Positions 30,635 to 40,913 of a DNA stretch of 64,000 nt are shown one piece after another. Numbering within the stretch: position 1 is the stretch's first letter; each line of letters begins with the position of its first letter. Made by a program: the position numbers and the translations under genes. The notes beneath the pieces were generated by a model. It made no database searches, was not told the DNA's origin, and saw only the letters and a list, made by a program, of their open reading frames with translations. This DNA is from Longimicrobiales bacterium (GTDB lineage: Bacteria > Gemmatimonadota > Gemmatimonadetes > Longimicrobiales > Gaopeijiaceae). Location: assembly GCA_965226375.1 (NCBI GenBank), contig CBDDCX010000007.1, forward strand, positions 320,001 to 384,000, given 5' to 3'.

Positions 30635-31555
30635 CTACGGCGTCGCCGAGCTGTTGAACTCACCGATGAACTGGAAGAACGTGACCACCTCCACCATGTC
30701 CTGGGCCACGAACCCGACGGTGTGAGCGTCCACGCGCTCGACCATGGGGAGATAGCTCAACACCTCGGCCGGCATGTAACTCTTGAAGGTGAGCTCTACC
30801 TCGATGGGACCTTCGAAACGATACGGCTCCAGCTCGTCGAGGCGCTCGATTCCCCGCGTGACTTTTTCACTGATGAGTGCGTACGCTGCCTCAGGCATGA
30901 GGGTGCGGGCCGAGTGGAAGCCGTAGCTCCACTTTACCACGGCGCCCTCCATGTCACCGATGAGAGCCTGCGCCTCTTCAACGATGGCGTCATCTCCCGA
31001 GATCATGACGATGGGCACCCCGAAGTGCCCCGCGAGAGCCGCGTTGATGCCGGCTTCGGGCATCTCGATTCCGTTGATCCTCACGGCCGCGTAGTTCCCA
31101 CTGGACATCGTGTGTGCCCGGACACCGCGCGGGTTGGTGGTGCTCGAGTGGTAGGCCAGGAAAATGGCGGCGTCGAAGGTCTCGTCGATGCCCTGCATCA
31201 TGCCCAACCTGCGGGGCCATGCGCGGACCAGCGTGATGTCGCTGGGTAGCCTGTCCATGAGGAGGTTCTGGCCGTTTCCGTGTGAGTCGGCCACCACGAT
31301 CTCGGTGGCGCCCGCGGCCCGGGCGGCTTCGATGGCGGCGTTCGTCTCGTTCGTCATGAACTCACGGAAGCGCTGATACTCGAACCCTCCCGGTCCGAGC
31401 TGCTCGCTGGTCACCGCCCCTACTACACCCTCCATGTCGACGGAGATGTGAACCTTCAGGCCGTCCTGGGCTGCTCCCTCGGCCGTCTGGAGCGTCACTG
31501 CGGCGAGAGCGAACAGCGTCGCCAACACCGTCGATCCGATGTACGACTTCTTCAT
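30635..31555 (-). CDS. D-aminopeptidase, peptidase M55 (DppA-like), exported
   Basis: ISVDMEG, VADSHG, AHT, MISGDD; signal peptide. Confidence 0.92.
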   Translation of the reverse strand: MKKSYIGSTVLATLFALAAVTLQTAEGAAQDGLKVHISVDMEGVVGAVTSEQLGPGGFEYQRFREFMTNETNAAIEAARAAGATEIVVADSHGNGQNLLMDRLPSDITLVRAWPRRLGMMQGIDETFDAAIFLAYHSSTTNPRGVRAHTMSSGNYAAVRINGIEMPEAGINAALAGHFGVPIVMISGDDAIVEEAQALIGDMEGAVVKWSYGFHSARTLMPEAAYALISEKVTRGIERLDELEPYRFEGPIEVELTFKSYMPAEVLSYLPMVERVDAHTVGFVAQDMVEVVTFFQFIGEFNSSATP

Positions 31556-31591
31556 GGTCTGCCTCATTGGATGTCTCACGAACTGGTTGTC

Positions 31592-32902
31592 TCACTTGAT
31601 GAGCAGGATTCTCGAATTCACCGGGTATAGCCACTCGACTCCACGCGCCGTCACGATCGCGTCATCCTCGAGGGGAATGCGTGCCTTGGCTCCACCCCAT
31701 TCAGGGATGCTGGTATACGCGAACAGCTCGATCGAGAACAGGTTGCCCGGCTTTACTTCGTAAGTCATACGGACCGGGTTGAACCAGGCGATGGATGGCC
31801 CGACACCGTGCCCGAGATTTCCCACCGAGTGGTTGCCGGTAATGACGTCCGTCACGGCGGGGTCATCCGAGGGTTCATTGAACGTTTCCATGACGCCGAA
31901 ACCCGCTCCGGAGAGGGCCTCCTTGATGAACTCGAAGTTGTCTCCGGCGGTGAGGCCGGGCTTGATCGTGTTCTTGATCACGGTCCGAGCCTCCACGCCC
32001 CGATCGAACGCGTGCTGGAGGCTGGCGGGCGCCTCCGTTTCTCCCTCGCGGAGCACATATGCAATGCGCTTCATGTCGGTGTAGAAGTTGAGGTAGCCGA
32101 CCCCCCAGTCGATCATCATCAGGTCGCCCCTCTGGATGATACGGTCGCTTGATGTGGCCTCGATGCCGGTGGGCCCCGTGATGTATACCGACGGCATGTC
32201 GAAGGACGATCCCAGACCGCGCTCCAGTTGCTGGTCCATCATCCACCAGGCAACGTCCTCCAGCGTCGTGACCCCCGGTGTGATGATCTCGTTCGAGAAG
32301 GCGCGCTCGGCGATCTCCCTCGATATCTCGCCGGCCTGACCGAAGGCGACGATCTCGGATGCCACTCGACGCGATCGAAAGTCGGAGATGAGCTTCTGCG
32401 CCGAAACCAGTCGCGACGCGTAAGGCTCCCCGAGCGTCTCCACCAAGGCTAGATACGACGTATGGGACAGACCGTCGGCCCCACCGATGGCCTCGGACAT
32501 GTTGACGCCGATGCGCTGCGGGTCTCGCTCCTGGACGAATTCTCGCAGATCGTATCTACCGGTGACCATGTCGTAGGCACCGTTCTGTTCCAGCAGGTAT
32601 CCGCCGACACCCAGAGCTACCCGCTCGATGCGGTCGCCGCCGCGGTCCGTGAAGATGTAGTAGGCCGTGGAGCCTACGTAGCCGCGTCCCAGATCTTCGT
32701 AGAGCGGATCGAGATGGCCTTCCCGCATGACCGTGATCCACATGTCGATCTGGTTCTCGCGCATCGCTTCCGGAAGGACCAGGTCGAACTTGTCCTGGCG
32801 GATCTGGGCCATCCTCTCCCATCGGCGTCGGGCCTCCTGGGCGTTGGAGATTCCCGGTTGGAGCAGGAACAGGGCCGTGAGGCATAAGACGCGTCGGAGC
32901 AT
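31592..32902 (-). CDS. M24-family (Xaa-Pro) metallopeptidase, exported
   Basis: IDWGV..YTD, HSVGNLGHGVGP, SIE, LEDD; RBS and signal peptide at ATG 32902. Confidence 0.88.
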   Translation of the reverse strand: MLRRVLCLTALFLLQPGISNAQEARRRWERMAQIRQDKFDLVLPEAMRENQIDMWITVMREGHLDPLYEDLGRGYVGSTAYYIFTDRGGDRIERVALGVGGYLLEQNGAYDMVTGRYDLREFVQERDPQRIGVNMSEAIGGADGLSHTSYLALVETLGEPYASRLVSAQKLISDFRSRRVASEIVAFGQAGEISREIAERAFSNEIITPGVTTLEDVAWWMMDQQLERGLGSSFDMPSVYITGPTGIEATSSDRIIQRGDLMMIDWGVGYLNFYTDMKRIAYVLREGETEAPASLQHAFDRGVEARTVIKNTIKPGLTAGDNFEFIKEALSGAGFGVMETFNEPSDDPAVTDVITGNHSVGNLGHGVGPSIAWFNPVRMTYEVKPGNLFSIELFAYTSIPEWGGAKARIPLEDDAIVTARGVEWLYPVNSRILLIK

Positions 32903-32940
32903 GTGTATTCTCCCGATTGGAAGGTCGAATTTTTCGGTCA

Positions 32941-33963
32941 TCAATCGCCGGGGCCGGGCAGGGTAGCCGAGCGTGCGGCAAGGGCGAATCTCTGCACGAT
33001 GGAGTGGACCGGCTCGACACCCCGCACGCCTGATACGCTCCGCCCAGCTTGCCAGTAATCGCCGCGTCCACTGGTCGCGCGCAAGGACCGCCGCAGTTGC
33101 CACAGGGAACGTAGGGCGTAGATGGTGCGCATCCAGTGCTTGGTCCGGCGGCCGCGGAGCATCCAGCGCGCGATTGGCCCGGCCTCGAGGCCCATTCGGT
33201 GCACGTAAGGCGTGTTGATCACGGCTACAGGCACGCCCGTGAGCCGTTCGCTGTGCACGATGTCTTCTTCCACAGCGTCGCCTATGGCCTGCTTGTACTC
33301 GTCGCTGGCGGTGCATTCGTCTGTGGCGATGAACCGGGTGCCCATCTGCACACCGGCATAGCCGAGTCGAAGGGCCTCCACGAACTCCTGTTCCGTGCCG
33401 ATCCCTCCGGCGCACACCACGGGCAGACCAAGGTCGCCCACGTCGTCCAACAGCTCTCTGGTGTCGAGGCCGCCGGCGTGGCCGCCCGCACGGCTGTTCA
33501 CGCCGATGAGCCCGTGCACACCGCAGTCGACCCCCTTCTGCGCCCACTTTCTCTCGGTGACGTCATGGTAGACGCGTCCTCCGAACGGCTCCACGGCCTG
33601 AACGACCCAGTCCGGTTTGCCCAAGGACGTCACGAAGAAGCGCACGCCCTCTTCGAGGGCCACCTCGAGCCACTCCTCCATGCGTCGACGGTACGTCTTC
33701 GAGGACTGTTCGATGAGGGCGTTCATGCCGATGGGTCGATCGGTGAGCGACCGAATCTTGCGGATGCCCTCCCGGAACTGATGGCCGTGGACGTACGTGA
33801 GTGATATCGGCTGAAGCACGCCCAGTCCTCCCGCCTCCGAGGCCGCCGCCACCAACTCCGGATTCGAGCAGGGATACATGGCTCCGCAAATGATGGGCAC
33901 CCGGATCCCGGCGTCGAAGGTCAGCCGGGTCGCGATCTCGGGAACGGACTCGGCCTCCATCAC
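32941..33963 (-). CDS. Nitronate monooxygenase/FabK-like flavoprotein
   Basis: [32 protein letters not shown]. Confidence 0.9.
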   Translation of the reverse strand: MMEAESVPEIATRLTFDAGIRVPIICGAMYPCSNPELVAAASEAGGLGVLQPISLTYVHGHQFREGIRKIRSLTDRPIGMNALIEQSSKTYRRRMEEWLEVALEEGVRFFVTSLGKPDWVVQAVEPFGGRVYHDVTERKWAQKGVDCGVHGLIGVNSRAGGHAGGLDTRELLDDVGDLGLPVVCAGGIGTEQEFVEALRLGYAGVQMGTRFIATDECTASDEYKQAIGDAVEEDIVHSERLTGVPVAVINTPYVHRMGLEAGPIARWMLRGRRTKHWMRTIYALRSLWQLRRSLRATSGRGDYWQAGRSVSGVRGVEPVHSIVQRFALAARSATLPGPGD

Positions 33964-34442
33964 GGTACGGGTCCCAGGCGCCAGATGACCGAGACCCGGG
34001 CCACCGTGTCTCCCTCGGCGTCCCGGATCTCGGCGGTCGCGGTGTAATCGGCGGGATCGGTAACATCAGGCAGCTCACAACGACACTCGGCCACGAGCCT
34101 GCCCCGTGCCTTCTTCAGGTACTCGACCGACAGGCCGGTCACGATGCCCCGCACGGTCGACGGGAGGCCGGAGAACATGGCCAGGCCACTGGCGAGCTCC
34201 CCCAGATTGACCAGTGCGACGGCGTGGATGGATCGGAGGTGGTTTCGGACGCGTCGTCGGTCCCTGATCGAGAGGCGGGCGTAACCGGGCTCCAAGGCTT
34301 CGACTCGAGCCCCGATGGACCCGCTGTACGGGACCCGGAGGCGCAGGAGCCTGCTGAACAACCACCGTCCGCCCGGCAGGGCAGAGAGCCGGGCCCAGAG
34401 TGTGGTGAGGCGCGCTCCGGGCGACGCGTTGCTACGGGACAT
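33960..34442 (-). CDS. Hotdog-fold thioesterase (DUF4442/PaaI-like)
   Basis: [22 protein letters not shown]. Confidence 0.85.
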   Translation of the reverse strand: MSRSNASPGARLTTLWARLSALPGGRWLFSRLLRLRVPYSGSIGARVEALEPGYARLSIRDRRRVRNHLRSIHAVALVNLGELASGLAMFSGLPSTVRGIVTGLSVEYLKKARGRLVAECRCELPDVTDPADYTATAEIRDAEGDTVARVSVIWRLGPVP

Positions 34443-34581
34443 GAGAGGCCTGTCGAGAAAGCTACAGCCGTTCCGAGGGGCCAAGATACGGCCCCGAAAC
34501 GACTCCCGTCACGGGAGCCCGACCATCCGAGGCCGTGCGGTGTACGCTCGAAGGATGGGGACCCCTACAGGGACAGACGAA

Positions 34582-34761
34582 ATGACCCTCGAGATGCGTA
34601 GTAACTGCGAGGGCTGCCAGAGCGCCCTCGGTATGGGCGACGAGGCCCATATCTGCAGTTACGAGTGTACGTTCTGTCCTTCGTGTGCGGAGGTTATGGA
34701 CCTGCTGTGTCCCAACTGCGGAGGTGAACTGGTAACGCGCCCCCGTCGTCATCAGCAGTAG
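34582..34761 (+). CDS. DUF1272-like small Cys-rich protein
   Basis: LEMRSNCEGC, ICSYECTFC..C, CPNCGGEL..RP. Confidence 0.85.
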   Translation: MTLEMRSNCEGCQSALGMGDEAHICSYECTFCPSCAEVMDLLCPNCGGELVTRPRRHQQ

Positions 34762-34788
34762 TGTGGTGATCGCCGGCAGCGTGGGAGG

Positions 34789-35082
34789 GTGAGCATGGTC
34801 AGTGGATTACTGGGGTCCGTGGTCTGGGTGGCGGCCAACTTCGCCTACTGTGCGTATGTACGAGACGACGAGCGCGGCTTCAAGCGTTTCGCCGCGTTCT
34901 GGCTTGGCTTTCCGATCACCCTCATCTCCATGTTCGTAGCGCCGCATATGCGGCGCATGCGGGTGCCGCGGCGAAGCGAGGTGGAGGAGGACCACAAGCT
35001 CTTGCTGGAGATCAGAAGGGACCGTGCCCTCAGGGAGGGTCGGACCTATGAGACACGCTCGAGCGAGACCGCCGGGGAATAG
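34789..35082 (+). CDS. Small membrane protein
   Basis: GGGAGG RBS; two TM segments (AFWLGFP) and a charged tail. Confidence 0.55.
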   Translation: MSMVSGLLGSVVWVAANFAYCAYVRDDERGFKRFAAFWLGFPITLISMFVAPHMRRMRVPRRSEVEEDHKLLLEIRRDRALREGRTYETRSSETAGE

Positions 35083-35275
35083 GGCTCCGGTGAAGACGGG
35101 TGAGCTCGACGCCGCCGGGGATGTCTTCCTCGTGGTGACGCGGACCTTCGAAAGGGCCTGAATCGGGGCGTCCGATTGGTCGGTGCAAAAGTGTTATCGT
35201 TCTCGGACCGCGCCGGACCCTCGGGGCCCGGCGCGGTCCTCTGCTCGTCCGGTGCCACCTAGATTCTTCCTGCTC

Positions 35276-36658
35276 ATGCGCGTCGTCCGCCAAATGATCC
35301 CGGGGAGGGCCGACTTCGCCTCTCTGCTCCGCCTGGCCATGCCCGTTGCGGCGGTCCAGGTGGGCGTCATGATGATGGGGGCTGTGGACACGGTGATGGT
35401 CGGCCACCTCTCGGCCCGCGACCTCGCGGCCGTCGCCCTGGGCAATCTGTACTTCTTCCTGACGGCGAGCTTCGGGCTCGGCACGCTCTTTGCGTTGGAT
35501 CCCGTGATATCCCAGGCCTTTGGTGCTGGAGACAGAGCCGGAATCGCTCGAGGTATTCAGCGCGGGTTCGTCATGGCCGCCATCCTGTCCCTCTTTGCGT
35601 CGCTGTTGCTGACGCCCGGGTTGCCGTTTCTCACCTTCCTGCGTCAGCCTCCGGACGTGATCCCGATCGCCGCGGAATACGCCCTGGTCTCGATCCCGGG
35701 CGTGTTGCCGTTCTACGGTTTCATCGTGTTACGGCAGAGCCTGCAGTCCATGGGCAAGGTCGCCCCTATCGTGGCCGTCATCGTGATGGCCAACCTCGCA
35801 AACGTCTTCTTCAACTGGGTGCTGATCTTTGGCAACCTGGGTTTTCCGGCCATGGGCGCAGTGGGATCCGGATGGGCCACCACACTCAGCAGATGGGTCA
35901 TGCTGGTGGCGCTGCTGGGAGTCGCCTGGCCGGTCCTGCGGCTCTACCTCTGGCCGCTACGCCCCGGAGCGATGGCCTTCGCACCGCTGCGCCGCATGTT
36001 CCGTCTCGGAGCTCCCATCGGAGCCCAATTCTTTCTCGAGTTCGGCGTGTTCGGGGTCATCGGAATTGCCATGGGATGGTTGGGCACGATCCCCATGGCG
36101 AGCCACCAGGTGGCCATCAACCTGGCAAGCCTGACCTTCATGGCGGCGGTGGGTGTCACCCAGGCGTCCGCTGTCCTGGTGGGACAGGCCGTGGGAGCGG
36201 GGGATCCGGCCAAGGCTCGGCGCTCCGCCGGGGCAGGCCTCCTCTTCGTCGCGGGGATGATGATCTTCTTCGGCGTAACGTTCCTGACACTTCCCCAGAT
36301 GTTGGCGCGCATCTACAGCACGGACATGGTGGTCGTCGGCCTGGCGGCTACGCTCATTCCGGTGGCGGGAGTGTTCCAGGTGTTCGACGGGCTGCAGGCC
36401 GTGGCCTCGGGTGTTCTACGCGGAGTCGGTGACACGCTGGCGCCCATGGTCGTGAACCTGGTGGGCTTCTGGCTCATCGGCCTACCGATCAGTATCTACC
36501 TCGGCTTCCGAGCGGGCCTCGGTCCGCTGGGGCTCTGGTGGGGAATGGCCGCCGGTCTGGCTGCGGTCTCACTGTTTCTGCTGGCGCGAGTACGGATTCG
36601 TTTCGCTCGGGACCTCACCAGGCTCCACATCGAGGAAAACGTAGAGATCGAAGCTTAG
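35276..36658 (+). CDS. MATE efflux transporter (NorM-like)
   Basis: VDTVMVG, NWVLIFG..G.P.MG..G, FQVFDGLQ..GVLRG.GDT; about 12 TM. Confidence 0.93.
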   Translation: MRVVRQMIPGRADFASLLRLAMPVAAVQVGVMMMGAVDTVMVGHLSARDLAAVALGNLYFFLTASFGLGTLFALDPVISQAFGAGDRAGIARGIQRGFVMAAILSLFASLLLTPGLPFLTFLRQPPDVIPIAAEYALVSIPGVLPFYGFIVLRQSLQSMGKVAPIVAVIVMANLANVFFNWVLIFGNLGFPAMGAVGSGWATTLSRWVMLVALLGVAWPVLRLYLWPLRPGAMAFAPLRRMFRLGAPIGAQFFLEFGVFGVIGIAMGWLGTIPMASHQVAINLASLTFMAAVGVTQASAVLVGQAVGAGDPAKARRSAGAGLLFVAGMMIFFGVTFLTLPQMLARIYSTDMVVVGLAATLIPVAGVFQVFDGLQAVASGVLRGVGDTLAPMVVNLVGFWLIGLPISIYLGFRAGLGPLGLWWGMAAGLAAVSLFLLARVRIRFARDLTRLHIEENVEIEA

Positions 36659-36668
36659 ACCGGGGCGA

Positions 36669-39062
36669 TCAGCTCTCGCCGGTCGGGTCGCCGTCTCGCC
36701 GGGTCTCTCCGAGTAGCTCTTCCATTTCCGCTTCTGTGAGCCCGATGCTGTCGAAATCGACGTCGTCGTGGTTCGCCTCGACGGACGACGAACCGGGCTC
36801 CGCCGTGGCGGGGGGCGTGGTCGGCTTGGGCGCGGCGTCCGCCTTGGGAGACACCTTGTCCGATGGCTTGGTCGTGGCCCGATCAGGTCCTTCGGACTGC
36901 GCTTGGGTAGCGGCCTTGGGCGCCGTCCCCTCCGGGGCCTCGGACGTGGTCGGGTCGGATCGCTTCGGTGCGGCGTCGTCCTGTTTCTCCGGGATCGCCG
37001 TGGTAATGGGCTCGCCCCGCCAAACGCCGAGCACCTCGATCAGCTCCTTGCTGTCCCGGGATCGGAAGAAGTATGCCCGCCCCTTTACCGGCCGCAGATA
37101 GATGCCGGGACGGAGCAGTCCCACAGTCATTGGAAAACAGCTGAAGAGATCCTTTCTGAGCCAGACCTTGTGAAAACGTCGTAAGGAAATCTCCTCTAGA
37201 TCTTCGGGTTTGAAAATCCGTGAGCGATAGGCGAGCGACTTGACCCTTAGGTGATCCGGAAAGACCAGGAGCTTTCTTGGAAGCCGAGACAGGTAGAGTA
37301 GAAACAGCGTCAGGACCGAGACGAGCATGAGGGCATAACTCGCCGTCTGGATCGTGTAGTCATCGACCGTCACTACACGGGCGAGCGTAAGCCACTGAAA
37401 ACCGAAGAAGGTGACTCGGGCCAGGACCAGGCCTGCTCCCCCGAGGACCAGGAACGCCACGATCCTGAAGACGACGGGCACCCTGAAGCGAGCCACATAC
37501 CGGATGTCTTTCATGGTGACCGAACTGGTGAGGCTCCACCCCACGATTCGAACCGTCGCCCAAATCAGGCCCAGGAGAGCGACCACAATCAGCTCCTGGC
37601 TGATCGGATGGCGGCGCAGGACCGACAGCACCTGTCGTTCTGCCACCAGGTTACGCGCAGCGAACGAGGCGACCGCTTCCTGGCTGACGTCCTCGTAGAA
37701 CCCGAGAACGTCAGGGAAGTCCGAATATGTGTCCGGGTCGTAGAAGTTACGATACACCCAGAAGTTCAGGGCCTGTGACGTCTGGTTCCCACTTCGCAGC
37801 CCCTCGATGACGGCGGAGCGGTCCGCCTCGAACGCTGCCGGGTCTAGCGCGCCGGTCCGGAGGGACTGGATCTCTTCTTCGATGACCCCGAAGGCAAAGT
37901 CGTACTCGTTCTCGTCGATCAAGCCTCTCACCTGAAGGAAGGCGGCGGGCCCCCTCTTCGAGGACGCGACCTGGATACTGTAGACTGCCTTCTGATCACC
38001 ATAACGCAGGCGTTGGTTGAGGCGTCGATTGAGCAGATCCCTGGTGAAGAGAATCATGAGCTCGTCTTCGGCGCTGGCATGGAAGAACTTGTACCGAGCC
38101 GTGTACCGGACGTTGGGCTGGAAGCCCCAGAGGTAGGTGGCCCTTCTCCTGTTCGGATCCTCGATCGCGATTTCGCGAGGAGGCACGGTGCGTCGGGGGA
38201 GCACGCCGAACGTGCTGTCCGCCATTGCTAGTGCTTGGTCGCGATCCATGTCACCGACGATGGTGAGCGTCAGGGCAGCCGGTACGTAGTACGTGTCGTA
38301 GAAGCTGCGTAGATCCTCTGGTGTGATCCCTTGAAGCCTGGCCCAGCGGTCCAGGGGTCGCAGTCCCCGGGTGTCCATCCCGTACTCTCGCTGCCAGAAG
38401 TCCGGCGGCAGGAGGAGCGACGGATTGAGGAACGCCCAAACATGCTCGAAGACCTCTCGGGGCGCTGCGTTGGTCTCGATGGCGATGGGCTGTCGATTCC
38501 GCTCCACCACCTCCGCTGCCATCGAGTGGGGAGAGACGATACGTGAAAGCCACTCGATGGCGAACAGCCCGTGCTGCTTGTCGATGGTGGCGTAGTACCA
38601 GGTGTGGTCCGCAGCGGTGAACCCGTTACGCCGCCCACCGAGACTCTCGATGGCGTCCTTGACCTCCCGCTCGGATCGACCCTCGTGGTCCGAGAAGAGC
38701 ATATGCTCCGCGAAGTGGGCCAGGCCCTCCTTGCCACGCGGGTCGGAGTGCGACCCGAACGGGATTGCCACGCTGACGGAGACGTTGGGTGCGTCGGGCA
38801 GATGTTTGTACCAGACCTTGAGTCCGTTGGCCAGAAAGTGCGTCTCGAAGCCCGCGAAGGGGTTGTCACCCGACTGGCCAATCGAATCGTTCGCCGGTTC
38901 GCCCGCCTGGCCCTGCACGTCCTGCCCCGCTTGAATAGGCGACTGTAGCTCCAGTGAGTCCGGAACCTGCACGAGCGAGTCCGGAGCCTGCGCTCGGCCG
39001 GAACCGGGCGTGATGAGCAGTCCAAGGAGGAGGGTGGCCGTGGCGGCTGATTTCGGGCTCAT
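36669..39062 (-). CDS. M16 (pitrilysin-type) peptidase with C-terminal membrane and cytoplasmic extension
   Basis: Signal peptide, LANGL, GLAHFAEHMLF (HxxEH), NGFT..DHT.Y, three TM segments, low-complexity tail. Confidence 0.85.
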   Translation of the reverse strand: MSPKSAATATLLLGLLITPGSGRAQAPDSLVQVPDSLELQSPIQAGQDVQGQAGEPANDSIGQSGDNPFAGFETHFLANGLKVWYKHLPDAPNVSVSVAIPFGSHSDPRGKEGLAHFAEHMLFSDHEGRSEREVKDAIESLGGRRNGFTAADHTWYYATIDKQHGLFAIEWLSRIVSPHSMAAEVVERNRQPIAIETNAAPREVFEHVWAFLNPSLLLPPDFWQREYGMDTRGLRPLDRWARLQGITPEDLRSFYDTYYVPAALTLTIVGDMDRDQALAMADSTFGVLPRRTVPPREIAIEDPNRRRATYLWGFQPNVRYTARYKFFHASAEDELMILFTRDLLNRRLNQRLRYGDQKAVYSIQVASSKRGPAAFLQVRGLIDENEYDFAFGVIEEEIQSLRTGALDPAAFEADRSAVIEGLRSGNQTSQALNFWVYRNFYDPDTYSDFPDVLGFYEDVSQEAVASFAARNLVAERQVLSVLRRHPISQELIVVALLGLIWATVRIVGWSLTSSVTMKDIRYVARFRVPVVFRIVAFLVLGGAGLVLARVTFFGFQWLTLARVVTVDDYTIQTASYALMLVSVLTLFLLYLSRLPRKLLVFPDHLRVKSLAYRSRIFKPEDLEEISLRRFHKVWLRKDLFSCFPMTVGLLRPGIYLRPVKGRAYFFRSRDSKELIEVLGVWRGEPITTAIPEKQDDAAPKRSDPTTSEAPEGTAPKAATQAQSEGPDRATTKPSDKVSPKADAAPKPTTPPATAEPGSSSVEANHDDVDFDSIGLTEAEMEELLGETRRDGDPTGES

Positions 39063-39259
39063 TCCCGTCACTTTCGGGCGGTTAGTGGTGTGTTGTTCAG
39101 CATAGCGCGACGTCGTGGTCGAGCAAAGGAGCCGCCGTGCACCGCGATGGTTGCCGGGCCGGGAAAGCGCTGACACCTTTCGGCGCGATCCAGGCGGACC
39201 GAAGCCGGAACTGCCGGGGCTCCATAACAATAGGACGACCGAAAGCCGCATACGGTTCC

Positions 39260-39820
39260 ATGTCTTTTTCCTTCGAACGGCTCGAAATTGCCGACGTGAT
39301 CCGGATCACGCCCACGCGATACGGTGATCAGCGGGGCTTCTTCTCCGAGACGTATCGGGCATCCGCGTTCCAGGAGGGCGGCGTGCCGGACGCGTTCGTC
39401 CAGGAGAACCACGCCCGGTCCTCCCGTGGCGTCTTACGCGGGCTTCACTTCCAGGCGCCCCCCCGGGCCCAGGCCAAACTGGTGCGCGTGGTCCAGGGCC
39501 GGGTGTGGGACGTGGCGGTGGATCTGAGAGTCGGATCGCCCACGTTCGGTGGCTGGGTGGGTGGCATGCTCTCTGGAGAAGTCGGGGAGATACTCTACAT
39601 TCCGTGCGGCTTTGCTCATGGGTACGTCTGCCTGAGCGAAACGTCCGAACTGGTCTACAAGGTCTCCTCGGAGTTCGATGCGGCGCTCGACGGAGGCATC
39701 GCCTGGGATGATCCTACGGTAGGCATCGACTGGCCCATCGGCGATCCGATCCTCTCGGAGCGTGATCGGGGCCTGCCTCTGCTCCACGACGTGATCAGTC
39801 CGTTCCGGTACGAAGGATGA
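39260..39820 (+). CDS. rmlC: dTDP-4-dehydrorhamnose 3,5-epimerase
   Basis: DQRGFFSE, QENH..S..GVLRGLHFQ, DVAVDLR.GSPTFG, GFAHG. Confidence 0.95.
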   Translation: MSFSFERLEIADVIRITPTRYGDQRGFFSETYRASAFQEGGVPDAFVQENHARSSRGVLRGLHFQAPPRAQAKLVRVVQGRVWDVAVDLRVGSPTFGGWVGGMLSGEVGEILYIPCGFAHGYVCLSETSELVYKVSSEFDAALDGGIAWDDPTVGIDWPIGDPILSERDRGLPLLHDVISPFRYEG

Positions 39821-40209
39821 CGGCGTCAGCGTCGCAGGCGAGCGGAGCGAGTCCCGAGGTCCTACCCGGCCAGGGGGAACCTTGGATCGAGAGTCGAGAG
39901 GGGATGTTCTTCTTCGTCAACGCCCTCTTCGTCATCCCGGAGTACTGCGTGCTTTTTCCACTGGGGCTACGAACACTGCTCAGGGGACTGAGGCTGTCCT
40001 CGAGTCCATCGGTATTCCTGGATACGTTACCTGCTCTGGCGAACCACTTTCTGCCCTATGTCGGATGGCTTCTTCTCCTGCCCATCGGGCTCGTCTTCCG
40101 CAACCTCAAGCTGGATCGAAGTAGGTTGCGGCGCGGTGCGTTGGTACTGTTCCTGATCTCCCATGTGGGTTTCCTGGGCTATACCGTCCACCTGTGGTTC
40201 GGAGTCTAG
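39817..40209 (+). CDS. Hypothetical membrane protein
   Basis: ATGA overlap with rmlC; hydrophobic segments. Confidence 0.55.
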   Translation: MTASASQASGASPEVLPGQGEPWIESREGMFFFVNALFVIPEYCVLFPLGLRTLLRGLRLSSSPSVFLDTLPALANHFLPYVGWLLLLPIGLVFRNLKLDRSRLRRGALVLFLISHVGFLGYTVHLWFGV

Positions 40210-40214
40210 GCGAC

Positions 40215-40877
40215 GTGGAAGAGCACCACATCGAAGTGGCCAAGGCGGCCCGCTATTTCACATTGGGCACCGCCGGGCCCGACACGCAGCAGGTATGGCT
40301 CGTCTGCCACGGGTATCGACAGCTTGCGGCGCGTTTTCTTCGCCGATTCCAGGGACTGGACGACGGCACCCGGGTGATCGTGGCGCCTGAGGGTCTATCG
40401 CGTTTTTACCTGGACGACGGCACGCGACAACACGGGGCGAGCGCTCCCGTCGGTGCCACCTGGATGACCCGTGAAGACCGTCTCAGCGAGATCGGTGATT
40501 ATGTCCGGTACCTCGACGCGGTCTTGGGCCGGGTGCAGGGGGAACTGGGTGGAACGACCGAGGACCTGATCGTGCTCGGCTTCTCGCAGGGAGTCCATAC
40601 CGCTTGTCGGTGGATGATCTCAGGGGAGATGCCCGTGCAGAAGCTGATCTGTTGGGGTGCCTATCCGCCGGACGACCTGGACCCGGAACGAGGTCCGAAG
40701 CGCCTTTCCGACACCGACCTGGTGCTGGCTCGTGGAATGTCGGATCACCATGTCTCGGAGGAGGCTCATCGACGGCAAGAGGCACGTTTGACCGAGATGG
40801 ACATTCCGTTCCGCACGCGGACACATGCCGGCGGCCACGAACTGGATGCCGATCTCCTCCGGGAGCTGGCGGAGTGA
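40215..40877 (+). CDS. Alpha/beta hydrolase (phospholipase/carboxylesterase)
   Basis: CHGY, GFSQG nucleophile elbow, Asp, GGHE. Confidence 0.88.
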   Translation: MEEHHIEVAKAARYFTLGTAGPDTQQVWLVCHGYRQLAARFLRRFQGLDDGTRVIVAPEGLSRFYLDDGTRQHGASAPVGATWMTREDRLSEIGDYVRYLDAVLGRVQGELGGTTEDLIVLGFSQGVHTACRWMISGEMPVQKLICWGAYPPDDLDPERGPKRLSDTDLVLARGMSDHHVSEEAHRRQEARLTEMDIPFRTRTHAGGHELDADLLRELAE

Positions 40878-40913
40878 GCGCTAGTGTCCTGAGTCAGGAC
40901 ACTGGGTTTTGCC

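Noticed and set aside
31592..33547. 651-aa version of the M24 peptidase
   Set aside because: The extension overlaps the nitronate monooxygenase gene; RBS and signal peptide support ATG 32902.
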